The notes beneath the pieces are model-generated. The model did not search any database and was not told where the DNA came from. It saw nothing but the letters and a program-made list of their open reading frames with translations. Position numbers and translations under genes: made by a program. This document shows positions 1-14,430 of a DNA stretch of 64,000 nucleotides, piece after piece. This stretch comes from Ptychomitrium polyphyllum (lineage: Eukaryota). The stretch lies in NCBI GenBank assembly GCA_973851085.1, contig OZ316775.1:1922001-1986000 (forward strand), in the 5' to 3' direction. The first letter of the stretch is position 1, and the number at the start of each line of letters is the position of its first letter.

Positions 1-3000
1 TACGTCACCAATCATTATTTATAGTTTGTATTTTGGACTAGCAGTAACTGAGACCGGCGTACGGTGTGTACACTACTCGCCATTGTTCCAAAACAGCTTC
101 ATATCAATCTCACTGAATGCTCAATCTTCGCTTCGGATACATAACTGCAAATGTAAGGTGCAGTTTTCAGCTTTGAGCCAGACCGGACATCGGGAGCTGG
201 CGCACAGTTCAGTGTGGTGGGAGCATCTACCGGGTATCTGCAAAATTGTGATGGATGTGAATTCTCTAGCATGCAGCCTGGATATACAATTTTATTATAA
301 CCATCGGAGCTTCATATAAGTTATTTGGCTTTTAGAAGTCAAGTATCTGCTCGATGAGACAGCTTCTGCTCAGAAGGGGCCGGAGTTCTGCTTGAAATAC
401 CGGTATCACACAGACCAGGTTTTTCTTTTTAAAAGTTAAATTGATTATACATATATAATAAACAGGGAACCTATTGTTGAAAGAAACTCAAAACACCATT
501 CTTGAAAAATCACATACCAAGTTGTTGCAAGATCACTTAATAGACCTAATTCCAATTTGCATATATATTGTAAATGTATAGATATAGAGCACAACATATA
601 TGAAACCGGGTTGTGGATATTTTGTGTGTGTTTGGAGCCTTTTTCAAGTTTAGGTTGTGCAATCCATATCTAGTGAAGAACACCTCTTTTATGTGTTAAA
701 AATGCATGTCTTGCAAGTCAAAATGTTTTATGTAGGCCTATCTATGATATTTTTGATTTGTCTAAGAGTAACCTTTATTTTTGAATTAGGTTGGTATACT
801 TGGATTTAAGTTGGACATTATAGAGGAAACTAAGTTTCTAAGCAAAGTTCATCCAAATGGTTATCAATTTAGAACTCAAACTTCAAATTGTAGTTTTCAA
901 TGTTTTTTTGATATTCACTTTTATCAAGCAATAATTTAAATTTGAAAATTTGATAAATTTGAACAATCAATCATTTTTATCAAGCAATAATATAATTTCA
1001 TTAATAACATGTTATTTCCATTTTAATTTCTAAATTTCCATTACAAATTGGATCATGTTATTTGAATAATAAAAAAATTAAACTTCAAAGGCCCATATAA
1101 GATACCTTATCTCATAAGACATTGGTTCTTGAGCCATGAAAGGGATGTCCTACACTAAACTTGGGTAACCAAATCTAAAAGATGTTGATTACATGATTGT
1201 TATAAATTTAGAATTAAGAACAATTCAATGAAATTTATCTTTGTCTTGTTTTCAAAATCCTTGGTATCTTTAATTATCTAATTACTTAAAACAATTGTCA
1301 ATAGTGAATTCTAAACTATTTGACAAAACATTTGAAAGTTTGTTTTAACTTTAAATTTTGCAAGGGAAAAGTTTAACTTTGAAAAAAATCATTGACTATT
1401 TTATTTGCAAAAAAAAAATTCGTACCAAAGATGTGACAAACTTGCTATATAACTCAAGTTTTAATAATTTATTATTAGTTGTTAAACCTCTCTAGCAAGA
1501 CTTTAAATTTCATAAAATAATTATTAGTTTCAAAAATTTAAGCAATTATAAAACAAAATACTTACAGGTTTGAAACCTTCATTAAAAAAATTGGCCATTT
1601 ATCATGAATTTAGAATGTATTCATAATTTATTTAAAAAAAAATTTAGAGTATATTTTAAATTGTAGAATATTTTCATGATTTCATAACCCTATTTAACAC
1701 CTAACTAATTTAGGTGTGTATAAGATTATGCATTTGAAATTTCTATAAAGTTTCAACTCCTAATTTTAGGATTGCATATTGAAATAAACTAAGCTATAGT
1801 GTTTTTTGTGAAGTTTTCACTGTTCCCTTTTACATTTCAGTATGCATTTTGTACTCCAATCAATTCAAGAATTGACCATTGTAAAAATCATAAGGACCTC
1901 AAAAATTGTACCAAAAGCTTTAAAAGTAAAGCTGAAGACAAGCATGATGTACTGAATATTATGTGGTACTCATTTAAATGATTTTTTCTTTTAAATGAGA
2001 ATTTATAGTTACCACATGATATTTTCATCTAGAGCCAAAATTGGTCTAGGACACAAAGGGTTCCTGAGGTTCAAGTGGTTGCTACAAAACAGGTTGAAAA
2101 TTTGCCCCCTTCCCTCACAATCAATTGATGTCTTGGCCCAAAGTAATAACAAGTCCTCAACTTTCTGTACCTTGAATGACATTTGTCATTTCTTTTCACC
2201 TCGTAATGGTCGTCCTGAGTGTTTTTTCCAGCTGGGCTTCATGTATTCTTCAATTTCTCCCATAAATTTTGAAGAGAGACTTGTTCTGGCCTTCTAAGGA
2301 CTATAGTGCACCAAGAGTGTTGTGTGAAAAATAAGTAACAATTCTTGATGCAGAACAGCTGTTGAAGGTGGTGATACTAGATAAGCCACTAAGAACTCTT
2401 AGATAATATGTGATGCCCTTAGTCCCTTTCTGCTCAAGAGTCTCTTCAAATTCTGATGTTTTTGAAACATGTGTTAGAAAATTAAAATTAAAAACCTGTT
2501 TTGCTATGCATGTTAAGAATCATGCTTTATTCTCACCTATAATGTTTAAGTTATTTTGGAACTTAAAACTCAAAGTTCTCTCAATATTCATGAATAGATG
2601 AATTGTTAAACGTGAGATTCTTATGATTGAAAAGTTTCAAAAGTTTCAATGATAAAAAATATGTATTTGGTTTTCAAAAACTCAATTTTCCTTCTAGAGA
2701 AAATCAAAAAATTGGTAAAAATACTTTAAACTTCTTACTAATGAAATACTGCAACAAACTTACAAAAATCTAAACCATTCAAATATTTGTCCATTAGTGG
2801 GTTTGTAATCACACAATAATGGGACTAATAAACAATTACAAGGCAGATTAAATCTCTTAAAACTCTACTTTTGGAGAATTTTAAACTAATTAGTGATAAT
2901 TAATGTAAAATTCTTATTTTGAAGGTAATTTTGCATTTAAAAAAGTAACTATATTGGAATGGATGTATCTTTTCATTTATTTTGTAGTCATTCAAACTAA

Positions 3001-6000
3001 TAAATCTCTAATTAAAATCTTAGATTTATTTTTAAAAACTTATTCAACTCATCAAAAATGATGATAAAACTTTTATTCTTAAATACTCAAAAAAAGAAAA
3101 AAAAGATATGATACTTTATTTGAAGACTGTCTAGCCATGGATGAAAGATTGTGTCACTACTCCTAATTACAACAAACTCAAAAAGAACCATAATCTGTAT
3201 GATTAAATGTTTACTTGCTACTAATATTTATGAGCATATGCTAAGTAAAAATTAACTCTACATGCAAAATTTTGGGCATTATTTTGTTGGATTTATGACC
3301 ATGATAGTTAAAATTCAATATAACAGTTTTATTGGATGTTACATTATTTAGTCAAATGACCTTGTATTACTTTTATAATGGATTGTTTAATATATATTCC
3401 ATTTTTAAATGATATTCAATAACATTTAGTACTTGAAATGAAGTGGAATATTATTCAAACATTATTGATTAAAATATGTGATCATTTAAGTAAATAATGT
3501 TATAAATGAAAGCTTTTAAGTGCAAAATTTTATAGGATGAAATAAAATCTAGAATTACTATAGAAATTTTATTATGAGAATGTATGGACTTTCTTGTGGA
3601 GGAAGAGAGTATTATCATATGAATGGTTGAATAGCATGCTTGATCTTAATCCTATATTGGAATGACATTGTTGTTTGGTATTTGTGCATAATGATAGCCA
3701 TAGTTTTTTGGTATTACCTAATCAATTGTTTAAATGATTTATAGATGGTTATCAACATTTACAAGCATCACATGTCTTGATTTCTTGATATAAGTAGCTA
3801 GTAGAACTAAGAAATCCAAAATGTTGTGTTCTTTAGTCATATGTGATGTCACCAGCAACCAAATTGGTCATTTAAATCACTTATTGCTAATTTTGTGCCT
3901 TAAATGTCAGTGAACTTTTTGAAATACAATCCTTATTCAAATTGTCTCTACTAAATTGTTTGCTTGTGAAAACAATAAAAGACACCTAAATTTTATTGGA
4001 AGTCAACTATTTTCAAGTGTTTATTGAATTGTATTGTTTTAGCTCAAAGTATGTTAAAACTTTCTATCATTGTGTTTTAAAAAAAATTAATTTAAATGCT
4101 TGATGTCATCCAAAATAAAATTTAAAGAGAAAGAACAATTATTTATGCTTCACTTGAAACCACATAAAGAATTGGGTCAGTTGTGGTAAAAATTAGTATT
4201 CTTTTATTCCTTTTATTAGCAGCTACAAGCAGGAGAAGAATAATTTTTGAGAATATGACAATTTGGAGGCAAAAACGACCATAAAAAATTTGAGAAATTT
4301 TGTTTTCGGTAAATTTGTTTATACTTGTTTCTGGGCATGTTAGTAGGAGATGTGACCAGATAATGTACAATTTGTGTTTGGATGTAAGAAAACAACTTTC
4401 ACGTTTTAGCACTAAAAAAAACCAGAGGTTCCTGTGTAGATTGTGCATTTAGTTCCATCAGCTGGAACTCTCCTTGACGTATATTTCTGGCTTCTGGCAT
4501 CAGTGGTGAATACATTCCAATTGGGAGCCCCAAATAAGTAAATAAGAACACTTACACAAATAAGGTTTTCATTACCAGGAGTAGATCTAGTAGGCCAGAA
4601 ACTTAAAAGCAAGCCCTCAGAATTTGTGGCCTCCATGAACACAGTCAAAATATGGTGCACCCCACATTCTGTATGTACTTGAAAGTTTTGTGTGCAAGTT
4701 CTTTGCAAAGGTTCGGCAACAATTTTTGTAGAAGGGGTTTTGGTTTTGGTACAAGGAGATTTGGTGTTGGACACCATTTTTTTAATTATAATTTTGGGCT
4801 CTCATGGATATTTCACTATTATTTTTGCATACCTTAGGCTTTTCCTATATATGTTTTTTGAGATGGTGTATTTTTAAGATGATGTTTGAAAACTATCCAT
4901 TCAAAGTCATAATATATGAGCAATTTTATCTTTAGACTTTTGACTCCAAAGTGCCACCTATTAAATTTTAATTTTTTTTTTTGATATTAAAACATCATGA
5001 TAGATTTTAGTCTATGAAGACTCATAACTCTAAATTTGATCCACATTATCTACAATAAGCTAATTAGAAAAATTACTTCTTGAATTTTTATATTTCACTT
5101 TCATTTACACATATGACACGTAAAAAAGTTATGGTAATTTTAGAAATTTCCAAATGCAATTATAATCTTAAAAGTTTTGGTTTATAGGAATTAAAAAATT
5201 GATTCATAATTTCATTTGATCGGTAAGAATGAAAAAACATCCTAAGTTTTATCATAGCATATGACATATAATACATCACATTTGCTTAAATAGTATATGA
5301 CATATAATTCATCACATTTGCTCTAATAGTTATGGAACATGCAGATTGATGTGCAAGACTCTATAACAGCATGTGCAAACTGGTTCCCAATATTGGATGT
5401 CAGATCTAAGGTTGATGAAAAGGAAATTAATTTTGTAAATAAAACAGATTACATGAGAGATAATTAGGTTCCCACTTGTCCAAGCACTTAATCACAACAA
5501 ATAATAGGCAACTTAGCTTTCTATTGATCCAATAATCAAGCGGCCAAATAATTTTTGGGTTATCTTTCAGGATGGTTGTTTTAGGTTTCTTTTTAAGCAG
5601 TAGATTTCTCTGTGTCTTTTTAAAAGACAAAAGGGCCAGATAATTAGTGCTTGAATTAGGAGATTTGAGAACTGCTACTGTTGTGTCACAAACATTAGCA
5701 GTTCTCAATCAAAATCTGGCATTGACGTCACCATATTTTGTGACACAAGCGTACAAGCTCAATCTTGATGATTTTCACTACTATTTGTATGAATATTTTG
5801 AAATATGCCAAACTGCGTCAAATGGTTGGACTTGGCTTGGCCATTCCCTTGAGCAAAGCATAGTTCAGACATCAAAGAAGCATTCTCTAACATCTCATTG
5901 TCCTGCAACAACACTCAGGCAACTGTCCCCTTGTAGTTGTAGCATGTTCATCTGGTAGTCTTGTTTGTCATACCAAGGAATAGTCACCAACTATGTAATG

Positions 6001-9000
6001 GAATTATCAAATTCTGTTTCATTCACCTATGATGACACAAATCTAGGATACTTCTTTGTGCAGGCACCTATCCAGAAGGGGAAGGGAAGTTGTAACATTC
6101 CCTTTGCAATGGATTTACCTCTTATTAATGCAGTAAACACATAATTTCAATGTATCAATCTATCTTCCCACTATCATCCAAATGATCCAATCTTATTGGA
6201 TATGAGAAGGAAAAGTTATTATCCAGATCCCATGATGTAGGCTGATAGGCATTTTTTTAAGCTTACCAATTCACAATTTTGATATGAAAGAAAGATCACA
6301 AAAGTACATGTGAAAGATAAGTTTATATTTAGAATGGACTTATGCCAAGTAATGCAAATTTGGAAGAGCATCATCAAAAAATTCTTATTTGTCTGATGGC
6401 TATTTCTTTATAAAAAAATTCTTAATTATTGGGGAAAAAAAACAAGGGGATGGAATGCAATAGGTCTCATTTCAATAAATTGTTGTCTTTTAAATACTAT
6501 AAAATTATGGATTTCATCTACAAGATTTGGAAATGGGGTAGTAAATGTATTTAAAGTACATTGAACATATATTAAAGAATGAATGCTTGGAATGAGGTTT
6601 TTAAAGAAGATCGTACTTCCAATGAAGAGTACATCAATTACAATCAATAGAGAAGAATTATAAAATAAAGGCATGAAGGTACGAGTCTAATTTAGTGACT
6701 TTGTGTAGAAACTACTTCAATGAATATATGTATTAAGGAAAAATAATCGTCTTCTTTGTTCATTTATAACAATATTTAAAACTACCAAACCATGAAGCCA
6801 ATGGAAGATGTTTTTAGTACCATTGAAATGCTCTCTACAAAACAAGGTGCATGATGGTGGTTTAACATAATTTTAAACTACAATTTGATTGGTGTCGAAT
6901 TCCAAAAGGTTTTAAAATTTTGAATCTAGATATATCTAGAAGTATTAGATTTTACATTTTTCATGGAGTTGTTCTACAAAGTAACCACTATGGTTGGGCC
7001 AAGAGGACAAGACATACTAGGGTCATGAATTAGCATCTTATGAGAGGATGCTCATAGGGTCGCTGAAGAATGTTATAATGGCATTTAATGACGTTGAAAA
7101 GGCAAAATTTTAGTGTATTTTTGGGCCACGTGAGAATCAAAGTATTCAATGCTTTCCAAGGCCTAGAATAACATGATTCTGTACTACGCCAGTGATAAGA
7201 AGAATACTTCTTATAGTTCTCCTTTTCGTGATGTTCAGAGGATGAACAGTCTTCCTCAATTCCAGGCTTCTGACATTCCCAGTACCTACACAGCCGCTGC
7301 AAGTATTTAGCATTTCAATAATACACGGGCCTAGTCTCACATTTATGTGTAATCTATTTCATTTTCCCTCTTCATTTATTAAGCGAAAAGCAAATAGCAA
7401 GTCCCATTATCTCTTGTTTACCGATGGAGCGATATTGAAGGATCTCAAACTTAGTATGAAATGATGGTACGTTTGCCCACGTACTGAAGCACCGACCTGC
7501 CTGATGATGCCAGCAGTCCACGTATCGTGCTCATTAATTAATTTGTTTAAAATTTTTATTTTGAAAATATAGTAGAGAAAAAACACACGTTTTTTTACAA
7601 AGTTTGCAGAAAACTCCAGCAGCACGCATTTGTTTGAGTTTTTAAAATAAAGTATGAACCGCTGATGGCACGGTTTCCACTTGCTTACTACTTTCTACAG
7701 TAATTATGTGTTATTACTTGCGTCGATTATAAAATAAAAGTTTGAACTGCTGCCTGAAAAAAAAACATTACGTTGAACAACAAACTTCATAACATTCTAG
7801 GACAATGGAGGGGATAATTGTTTGGGAAAAAAGGATCCAACGAAAAAAAGGATCCAACAAAGGAATTAATACAATCCCCGTTTCTAATCCATATAGATGC
7901 CACATTCATTACATCAATTTTAAAAGTTCTACTTTATTACATGAACTCTCGAAGTCCTATGTTACTATCTGGAATTGTTGATTGAAAGGTTAGTCCAAAT
8001 AGTTGTTCAAGAATACTAAGTTGATTGTGATATTCACTCTTAACATTCTTTAACAGTTAAGGTGAGCCACCTTCGAAGTACTAACGTCCAATGAATTTAA
8101 TTAGAAGTTTTGTAATAACAAGTAGAAGTCAGAAAACCACTAGCTTGAAAGCAGAAGAGACCCCACCCACAACTTGGCGTAGCAAGCCTGATAAAACGAC
8201 AGGCCAACCAAGAACCGCCCAGCAATGGAGAAAGTAATCCTAAGCAAAGCAGAGAAACACCAAAGTTATAATATGAGGCTAAACAGTGAATCCGAAGGAA
8301 GGGGACTGCGGGAGGATGCAAGGGAACAATGGCAGATTTAAAGCAGCAATAACAGTAGCAAAGGAACTGCAGATCAAACCCTTTGCAAGGCCCAAGAGTC
8401 GAAACACCCAAACTGCGAGAAGGCCTAAAAGACTTTTAAAGAGAACCCGTAAGTGATCAACGTTGCTTGGAGTGGTGAATACAGAAGAGCAGAAACAAAC
8501 GGAGCCTGGTCTAGAGAGGTAATGGGCAACAATAACAGGGAATCATTAGGCACCACTGTTGTTGAAATCAGGAACAGGGTGCTCCCGAAAGTACTTTTCG
8601 AAGAAGCTGCGTAGGTGGAGTTGCAGACAGCAGCTGGTGCCTCAGAGGTCGATGAATCTTGCGCGTCCTTCGGATTCTTCGTTCGCTTCGACGTGGCAGC
8701 ACCTTGAATCCTTTTCGGAGCTCCGAAGCGGGGTCCGATTATCGACGCTATGTTCAGGAGAAACTTGACCGGCGGCGAAGGCAGTGAGATCAGCATTCAG
8801 AAAGACGAAAGCCCGCAAGGGGTGTACAATCTCCGAGTATACATGTGTGCACATACATATATGCAAACAATCGTATGCCGATAACGCATGGGGTCTGCCA
8901 CAGAGTACAGCATCAGCAAAGGGATAGAAAGCTGCAAGTCCCAGAGCGACAAGATGACGTTGCCAGAGTGGAGTCCAGAAGTAATGTCCATCTCCAAGAT

Positions 9001-9131
9001 GCATGAGAGCCCTATGATCAAAGAGTACAAGGTTGTGCTTCTACTGTTGGGCGAAAATCACTTCCAGCAAGGATACAAGAGCCGTGGGTACAAGCGGGTG
9101 AATATACTCTTTACAGCAGGAGGAAAAGCCC

Positions 9132-9278
9132 CTGTATGCACAACAGAGTTATCTGTATGCACAACAGAGTTATCTGTATGCACAACAGAGTTATCTGTAT
9201 GCACAACAGAGTTATCTGTATGCACAACAGAGTTATCTGTATGCACAACAGAGTTATCTGTATGCACAACAGAGTTAT
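9132..9278. repeat. Perfect tandem minisatellite, 21-bp unit CTGTATGCACAACAGAGTTAT x7
   Basis: Seven identical units read directly. They produce the VCTTELS, MHNRVIC and TDNSVVH repeats in the ORF track. Confidence 0.97.
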
Positions 9279-10330
9279 CCGTAAGTCCGCCCGAAAGATT
9301 ACAGTTTTTCAAAACATACTTTGAAACTCATTTTTATCATAAAGAGGAGTAAAAACGCATTTTGGAGTGTGTTTCAATGAACAAATGAGGAGGCTCTTCC
9401 ATATCTAGTTGTACATAGGGAACCCCAAGTTTTGGACCTCCTTAACTTTCCAAAGTCAATTCTTAATTTGCCTTGGTTGTCTAAAGCTCCCCAACTATTC
9501 TTCCAAACTAGAAGTGTTTGAATGCTTGTGTCTTGGATTGTTAGGGATTAGTATTTACAAGTAGAAAACATTCTAAATAACAAAAAGTAAGGGAGTTCTA
9601 TTTAATAGACAACTCAAATGGTTCTTCAAGTATTAAAAATATTAGTTTCAATTTATAAGAACATCTTGAGTGAAAATGGCATTCATGGGTTTAATGTCTC
9701 TTTTTTAGATCATTTTTAGACCATTTCACTGCCATCCCTCTACAACATCAATTGAAATGCCAATATCAATTATTATTCTAAATATGTTAGTAAAAGGTGC
9801 ATACTTTTAAAAGCTTCAAGTTGGATGGAAATTTGATTTAAATTGTTTGAAAGTATTTAATGTAAATTTCTATAATTGATAATTTCCTTTTATTAATATA
9901 ACATGTAAAATTTAGGACCAAAAGTGGAGTTAATTTAAGAGCAATGTGGAGCATAAGCTTGTATCTACATTTGTCATGAATTTTCTTTTTTCATATTTTC
10001 GTATTTTTATATATTTGCTACATCATTGTTACAGGTCTACTTCTTTGATATATTATTTTAGAAGATTTACAATCTTAGCAATTCTAAAAGTCAAACATTG
10101 ACTTCAAAGAATCATGTATTATTATTTGGATACAATTAAGACCTATATTGTAAAAAATTACACAAAATGAAAATCTTAAACGACATTAAAATACCAAAAT
10201 AATTTTTATATTTACACTTCAATCTTTCAATAATTTTTTTCCTTAAGAATCTCAATGAAGCTTACCATTTTTGACAGTTTGTATCATGTGGAGAATGTAT
10301 AGTGACTTTATAAATTATTATGAAAAAAAA

Positions 10331-10342
<12 letters not shown>

Positions 10343-10394
<52 letters not shown>
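10343..10394. repeat. (AT)26 microsatellite
   Basis: Direct reading. Confidence 0.95.
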
Positions 10395-10396
<2 letters not shown>

Positions 10397-12145
10397 CATG
10401 AAGACTAGAAATAAAATTCTTCTTAAAAATTCTTAATTAGGTAGTTTATTGCAAAGGATTATAAAACATATGGAAAGAATTCCCACCCTAATGGAAATAT
10501 TACTTAAATTTATTTGATGTTACCATTATTTGGCCAAATTATGTCCACGTCCAAAATTTCCAAACACTTCCTTAATTAGAAATGGCACATTTTCCTTTTA
10601 TTTCATAACTAATATGAAACTAAAAATAATTAGTCTTGGTGAAAATCCTACTTTATTTCAAAATCAAATAATGGAAATGTTTAATTAATTTCGATCAAGA
10701 GCATCTGTTTGGCAGGATTTTCTTGGAACAAAGTACATGAACTAAATTTTTTAAAGAACACTTGAATTGAAAGATAGGTTCTTTTTTTCTAACAAAGTCT
10801 TAAAATCATACAAATAATTATTTAACTTCAATTACAAATGAATGTACAAAACACATTTATATCTAACATGATGTGTTTGAAATATATTTTAAAGTCATAT
10901 TTTATGGAAATGGGAATTTTAATTGTAGAGCACTGTCATAACCTCTAGTCAAGATTATCCAGATAATACATGTGTACGGGGATTATAGACCCCAGCACTT
11001 ACTGTTACGTTCATTAACTCTATTTGTAATTGCTGTAACCTTCTGAAATCACCAGAACAGGTGAAGATGGTTTCCTCTTGTTTCTTCAATAGTAATGGAG
11101 CTGTATTCAAAAGGTTATTTGGTCTTCTGTTTGTCATATTGGAAATTCTCAACATAGACTATGCCCCACTAGGGCTTGGCAAATTTTCTGCATTACATAC
11201 TTTGTTTTAAACTTACATGGTAACATAACATTCTTTAATGATCCTTTTGAACACCGCCTCTTTTACAAATTCATTCCATCATTTGAAAGTACTATATTAT
11301 TTTCAAAATCTTTTCTTGGTGAGGATTTGAGGAATAAAGTATGCAACAAAGTATGTAGTAGTCAAGTATTTTTGCATTCATCCACATTCTAATAATAACT
11401 TGTTTTCCATTCACATAAATAATTTTGTAATAAAATCTTGGGCATTTCATACATTTTGAAAATACATATTGTGATATTTATCTATGTGCTTTTGATCTTG
11501 GTTCTTTCCACTTGATGCTTTCTAACTTAGAACAACCTTAATTTTATTTAACTTTTTTGTGGTCTAACATCTCCTGATTAAAAATCTTCAGACGTTTTTG
11601 ATAAAGGGAATAAACAAAAAGTTGTTGTCGAAATTCAATAAATATATTAAATTATTGGAAATTCTTTAAAGTTTCAAAGTCATAAGTTTTGTATGCTTCT
11701 TACAGTTTTTACTAAATATTATTAGGCCTTTATATTCCATTTAAGTAATACTTCTGGATTTCTGAAGTTGATAAGATACACATTGTACTACCTCTAAATG
11801 CACAAGAACACTTTTAAAAAGAGCTTGCAATTTTGGAGTAGTTCTTTATTTAAATATTTTCCAAAAATGTAGTATCAAATGAAACCTTTGTAAATGATTA
11901 TATGTTTGTAGAATTTCTTTAAAATATATTATTGCTAATGCAATTCAAAATTTAAATATATTATTTTGTTGAAATTTTTGGATTTAAATTTTAGAATTTT
12001 ATTTTAAAAATAGTCCTTTTAATGCAATCTAAGAATGATGAAAAAGACCTTAAAACATTAAAGGTGAAATTTAAGCTTTTTATAACATCAAAAAAATCAT
12101 ATCATATAAGAAATCTTTAAAAATAATAATAATAATAATAAATTT

Positions 12146-12150
<5 letters not shown>

Positions 12151-12178
<28 letters not shown>
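12151..12178. repeat. (AT)14 microsatellite, preceded by a short (AAT)n run
   Basis: Direct reading. Confidence 0.95.
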
Positions 12179-12181
<3 letters not shown>

Positions 12182-12429
12182 TTTCAAATTTAAAGTATTC
12201 AATAAAATTTAATAGCTAATAACAAAATATGTGTTTAATATTTAATGTATAAATTTTTATTGTGCCTATTGAATTTTTTTGTTTTTAATAGAATTATCTT
12301 AATATATTTTCAAACAAAGATGAAAATGATGGATAAATTAAAATAATATAGTGTTGTTTATGGATTTGCATTAGATAATGTAGAAAAGATTTGAGTTGAA
12401 AATTTAGTTGCAAAAGGGTGAGTTTGACC

Positions 12430-12720
12430 TTATAATCTTGGAGTTCCCATATACAACTTGTTTGCATACACAATTTGTTTGCAAAATTCTTATCTAGTTT
12501 GTTCTAATAGTGAGTTTTTTGTATTAAGGTGTGAATTTGGAATTGTAATGGAATTGAACATTGCCAATAAAAAATCATTTGGTGTGAATGGGTGGTAAGA
12601 TTTTGCTTGAGTATGTGCAAGCTTTTGAACCAAGATTATAGCTTTGTAATTGTAATGATCTATCTGATATTTATGTTTAAAATGTAATGCTTTGGATTGC
12701 ATTGATTTTAAAATTTGGTT
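12430..12720 (-). mobile_element. Possible ancient Ty1/Copia reverse transcriptase remnant
   Basis: The minus-strand frame reads FKHKYQIDHYNYKAIILVQKLAHTQ...FLLAM...HLNTKNSLL...*...KLYMGTP. This keeps the motif order of Copia RT (FKxKxxxDG...YKARLVAKGxTQ...LLAL...HQLDVKxAFL...VYMxQP). Highly degenerate and matched by eye only. Confidence 0.35.
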
Positions 12721-13589
12721 TATATTAAAGTACCTGGTTTTTAAATTGAGATTGGATTTATGCAACTTGTATGACAATTGATGTTAGAGATTTTTAAATC
12801 TATTAGATTGCTACCTATGATTCAATTAAATGCTAATGGACTTGCAAGCATTTTCATTTAAATTCCAATGGCAAACTAGTAGGCAAAGGCTTGTATTCCA
12901 CAAAAGCAATACAAATGTTTGTTATACTTTTCCTTGCTATTATAAGGATTTGTTAGAGTTGAAATTACTTATGATCTAGATTAATCCAACATATGGTAAT
13001 TTTGTATCCTCAAATTTAAATTTGCAAACTACTCTTGCTTAAAAGAAATGTGAAGCCTATAGGCATTATGTGGAGCCTTAGTTTTCACCATGCATGGCCC
13101 CAATACAATAGAAAAGAGGTGCACCTATATAACATTATAAGCTACCTTCAATGTAATTAAAAGTGAAAGTAGTACATCCATTCACAACACTTATAGTCCA
13201 TAGTTTTTAATAGTATAAGAGTACTTGACCTAAGTTAAAGTCTAAATGTAAGCCTAATCTAGATAAATAATCCTTCTATTGTAGCATATACTAGACGTGT
13301 CTCTTTCCTTTATTATGTTTTTAAAAATAAATACATATACAAAAATCCATTATGCTTTGAAAATAGAAAATTGCGGAATTTATTCTATAGAAGTTTTTTA
13401 ACAAGCGGCTAGATGATTTGCAAAAAATATTACTTTTGGTGGAAACTACATAAAAATAAAAATTTATTAATATCTTTGATTGCAAAAAGTTATCATATCT
13501 TAAATCGGTAGAGATACTAGCCAATTAGCTTAAATTTTTTTCATGGATGTAAAAATACACTAAGAAAATAGAATAACAAATGTTGTCAA

Positions 13590-14430
13590 GATATTTTCTT
13601 TGTGCATTAAGCATAGGACTTATCTTTTGGTATAATATAACATTCTTTTTTAATTCATATTTTCTCTTTCTAATTCAATTGGTTATTCTAACCAAATGGT
13701 TTTATACTATTAGATTTAATATACTTTCTTCAATTCAATATTAAACAACCTTTATCCTAATAAGCATCAATACTTTAAATTTTATATTTTAATATTAAGC
13801 CTTACTAAAAGCACAAAACTTAAATTTGTATTGTAAACATTTTTCAATTACACACAACATAATTTAAAACATGTAAATCAAATATTGCCAACTTAATATT
13901 TAAAATAGGTGTTACAAACTTATAGACATAATGCATTTTAACACCTTTCAAGCACTCTTTGACAACATTAAATCTTTAAAAGACATTCTCGTACTTCCAA
14001 ATCCATTCCAAATGCTCAGTGACACAAATTCAACATTATAATGTCACATTCCAATATCAACTCAAGTTTTAGCATTTCACCTCCTATTCCTTAAATCCTC
14101 ACCTTCTTCATCATCTTCCATCCAATAGGAAATTATTCAAGGTCATAAGAAAGCCACCATCATCTAACTACTAAAAAATCACTATGTAATCAAATGAAAG
14201 TTACCATCATTTGTCTATTTAGAAAGACAACAACATACTGCCGATTTGGTTGTTTTATAATAATTCATTAATATCCTTCCAATTCATTTTATAAATTATA
14301 GTTATCAATTAAAATAAAATTTGATTAAATAACATTAGTCTAACATCAATCTAATTGCACATTTAAAATGAAAAAATAAATACAAAAATGCTTATAATTT
14401 AACTGCTAAGCAACTTACTATACAACAATG
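13590..14430 (+). repeat. Degenerate dispersed repeat, copy 1 (old LTR-like, second family)
   Basis: Colinear similarity to 26570-27415, e.g. TCAAATATTGCCAACTTAATATT...TGTTACAAACTTATAGACATAATGCATTTTAACACCTTTCAAG versus TCAAATTTTGTCAATTTAATATT...TGTTACAAACTTATGGAAATAGTGCATTTCAACACCTTCCAAG. Boundaries are approximate. Confidence 0.6.

Noticed and set aside
1..420. ORF 26-319 as a gene
   Set aside because: Non-ATG start and no domain. Likely UTR or flank of a gene outside the window.
5255..5329. 36-bp tandem duplication (also an 18-bp one near 7826-7860)
   Set aside because: Ordinary local duplications with no sign of function.
6667..6701. 35-bp similarity (about 30/35) to ~29544-29578
   Set aside because: It does not visibly extend on either side and is too short to classify. 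Probably an old repeat fragment or chance.
9132..9278. CRISPR-like array or repeat protein
   Set aside because: Units are head-to-tail with no spacers and there are no cas genes. The repeated peptides are a by-product of the 21-bp period.
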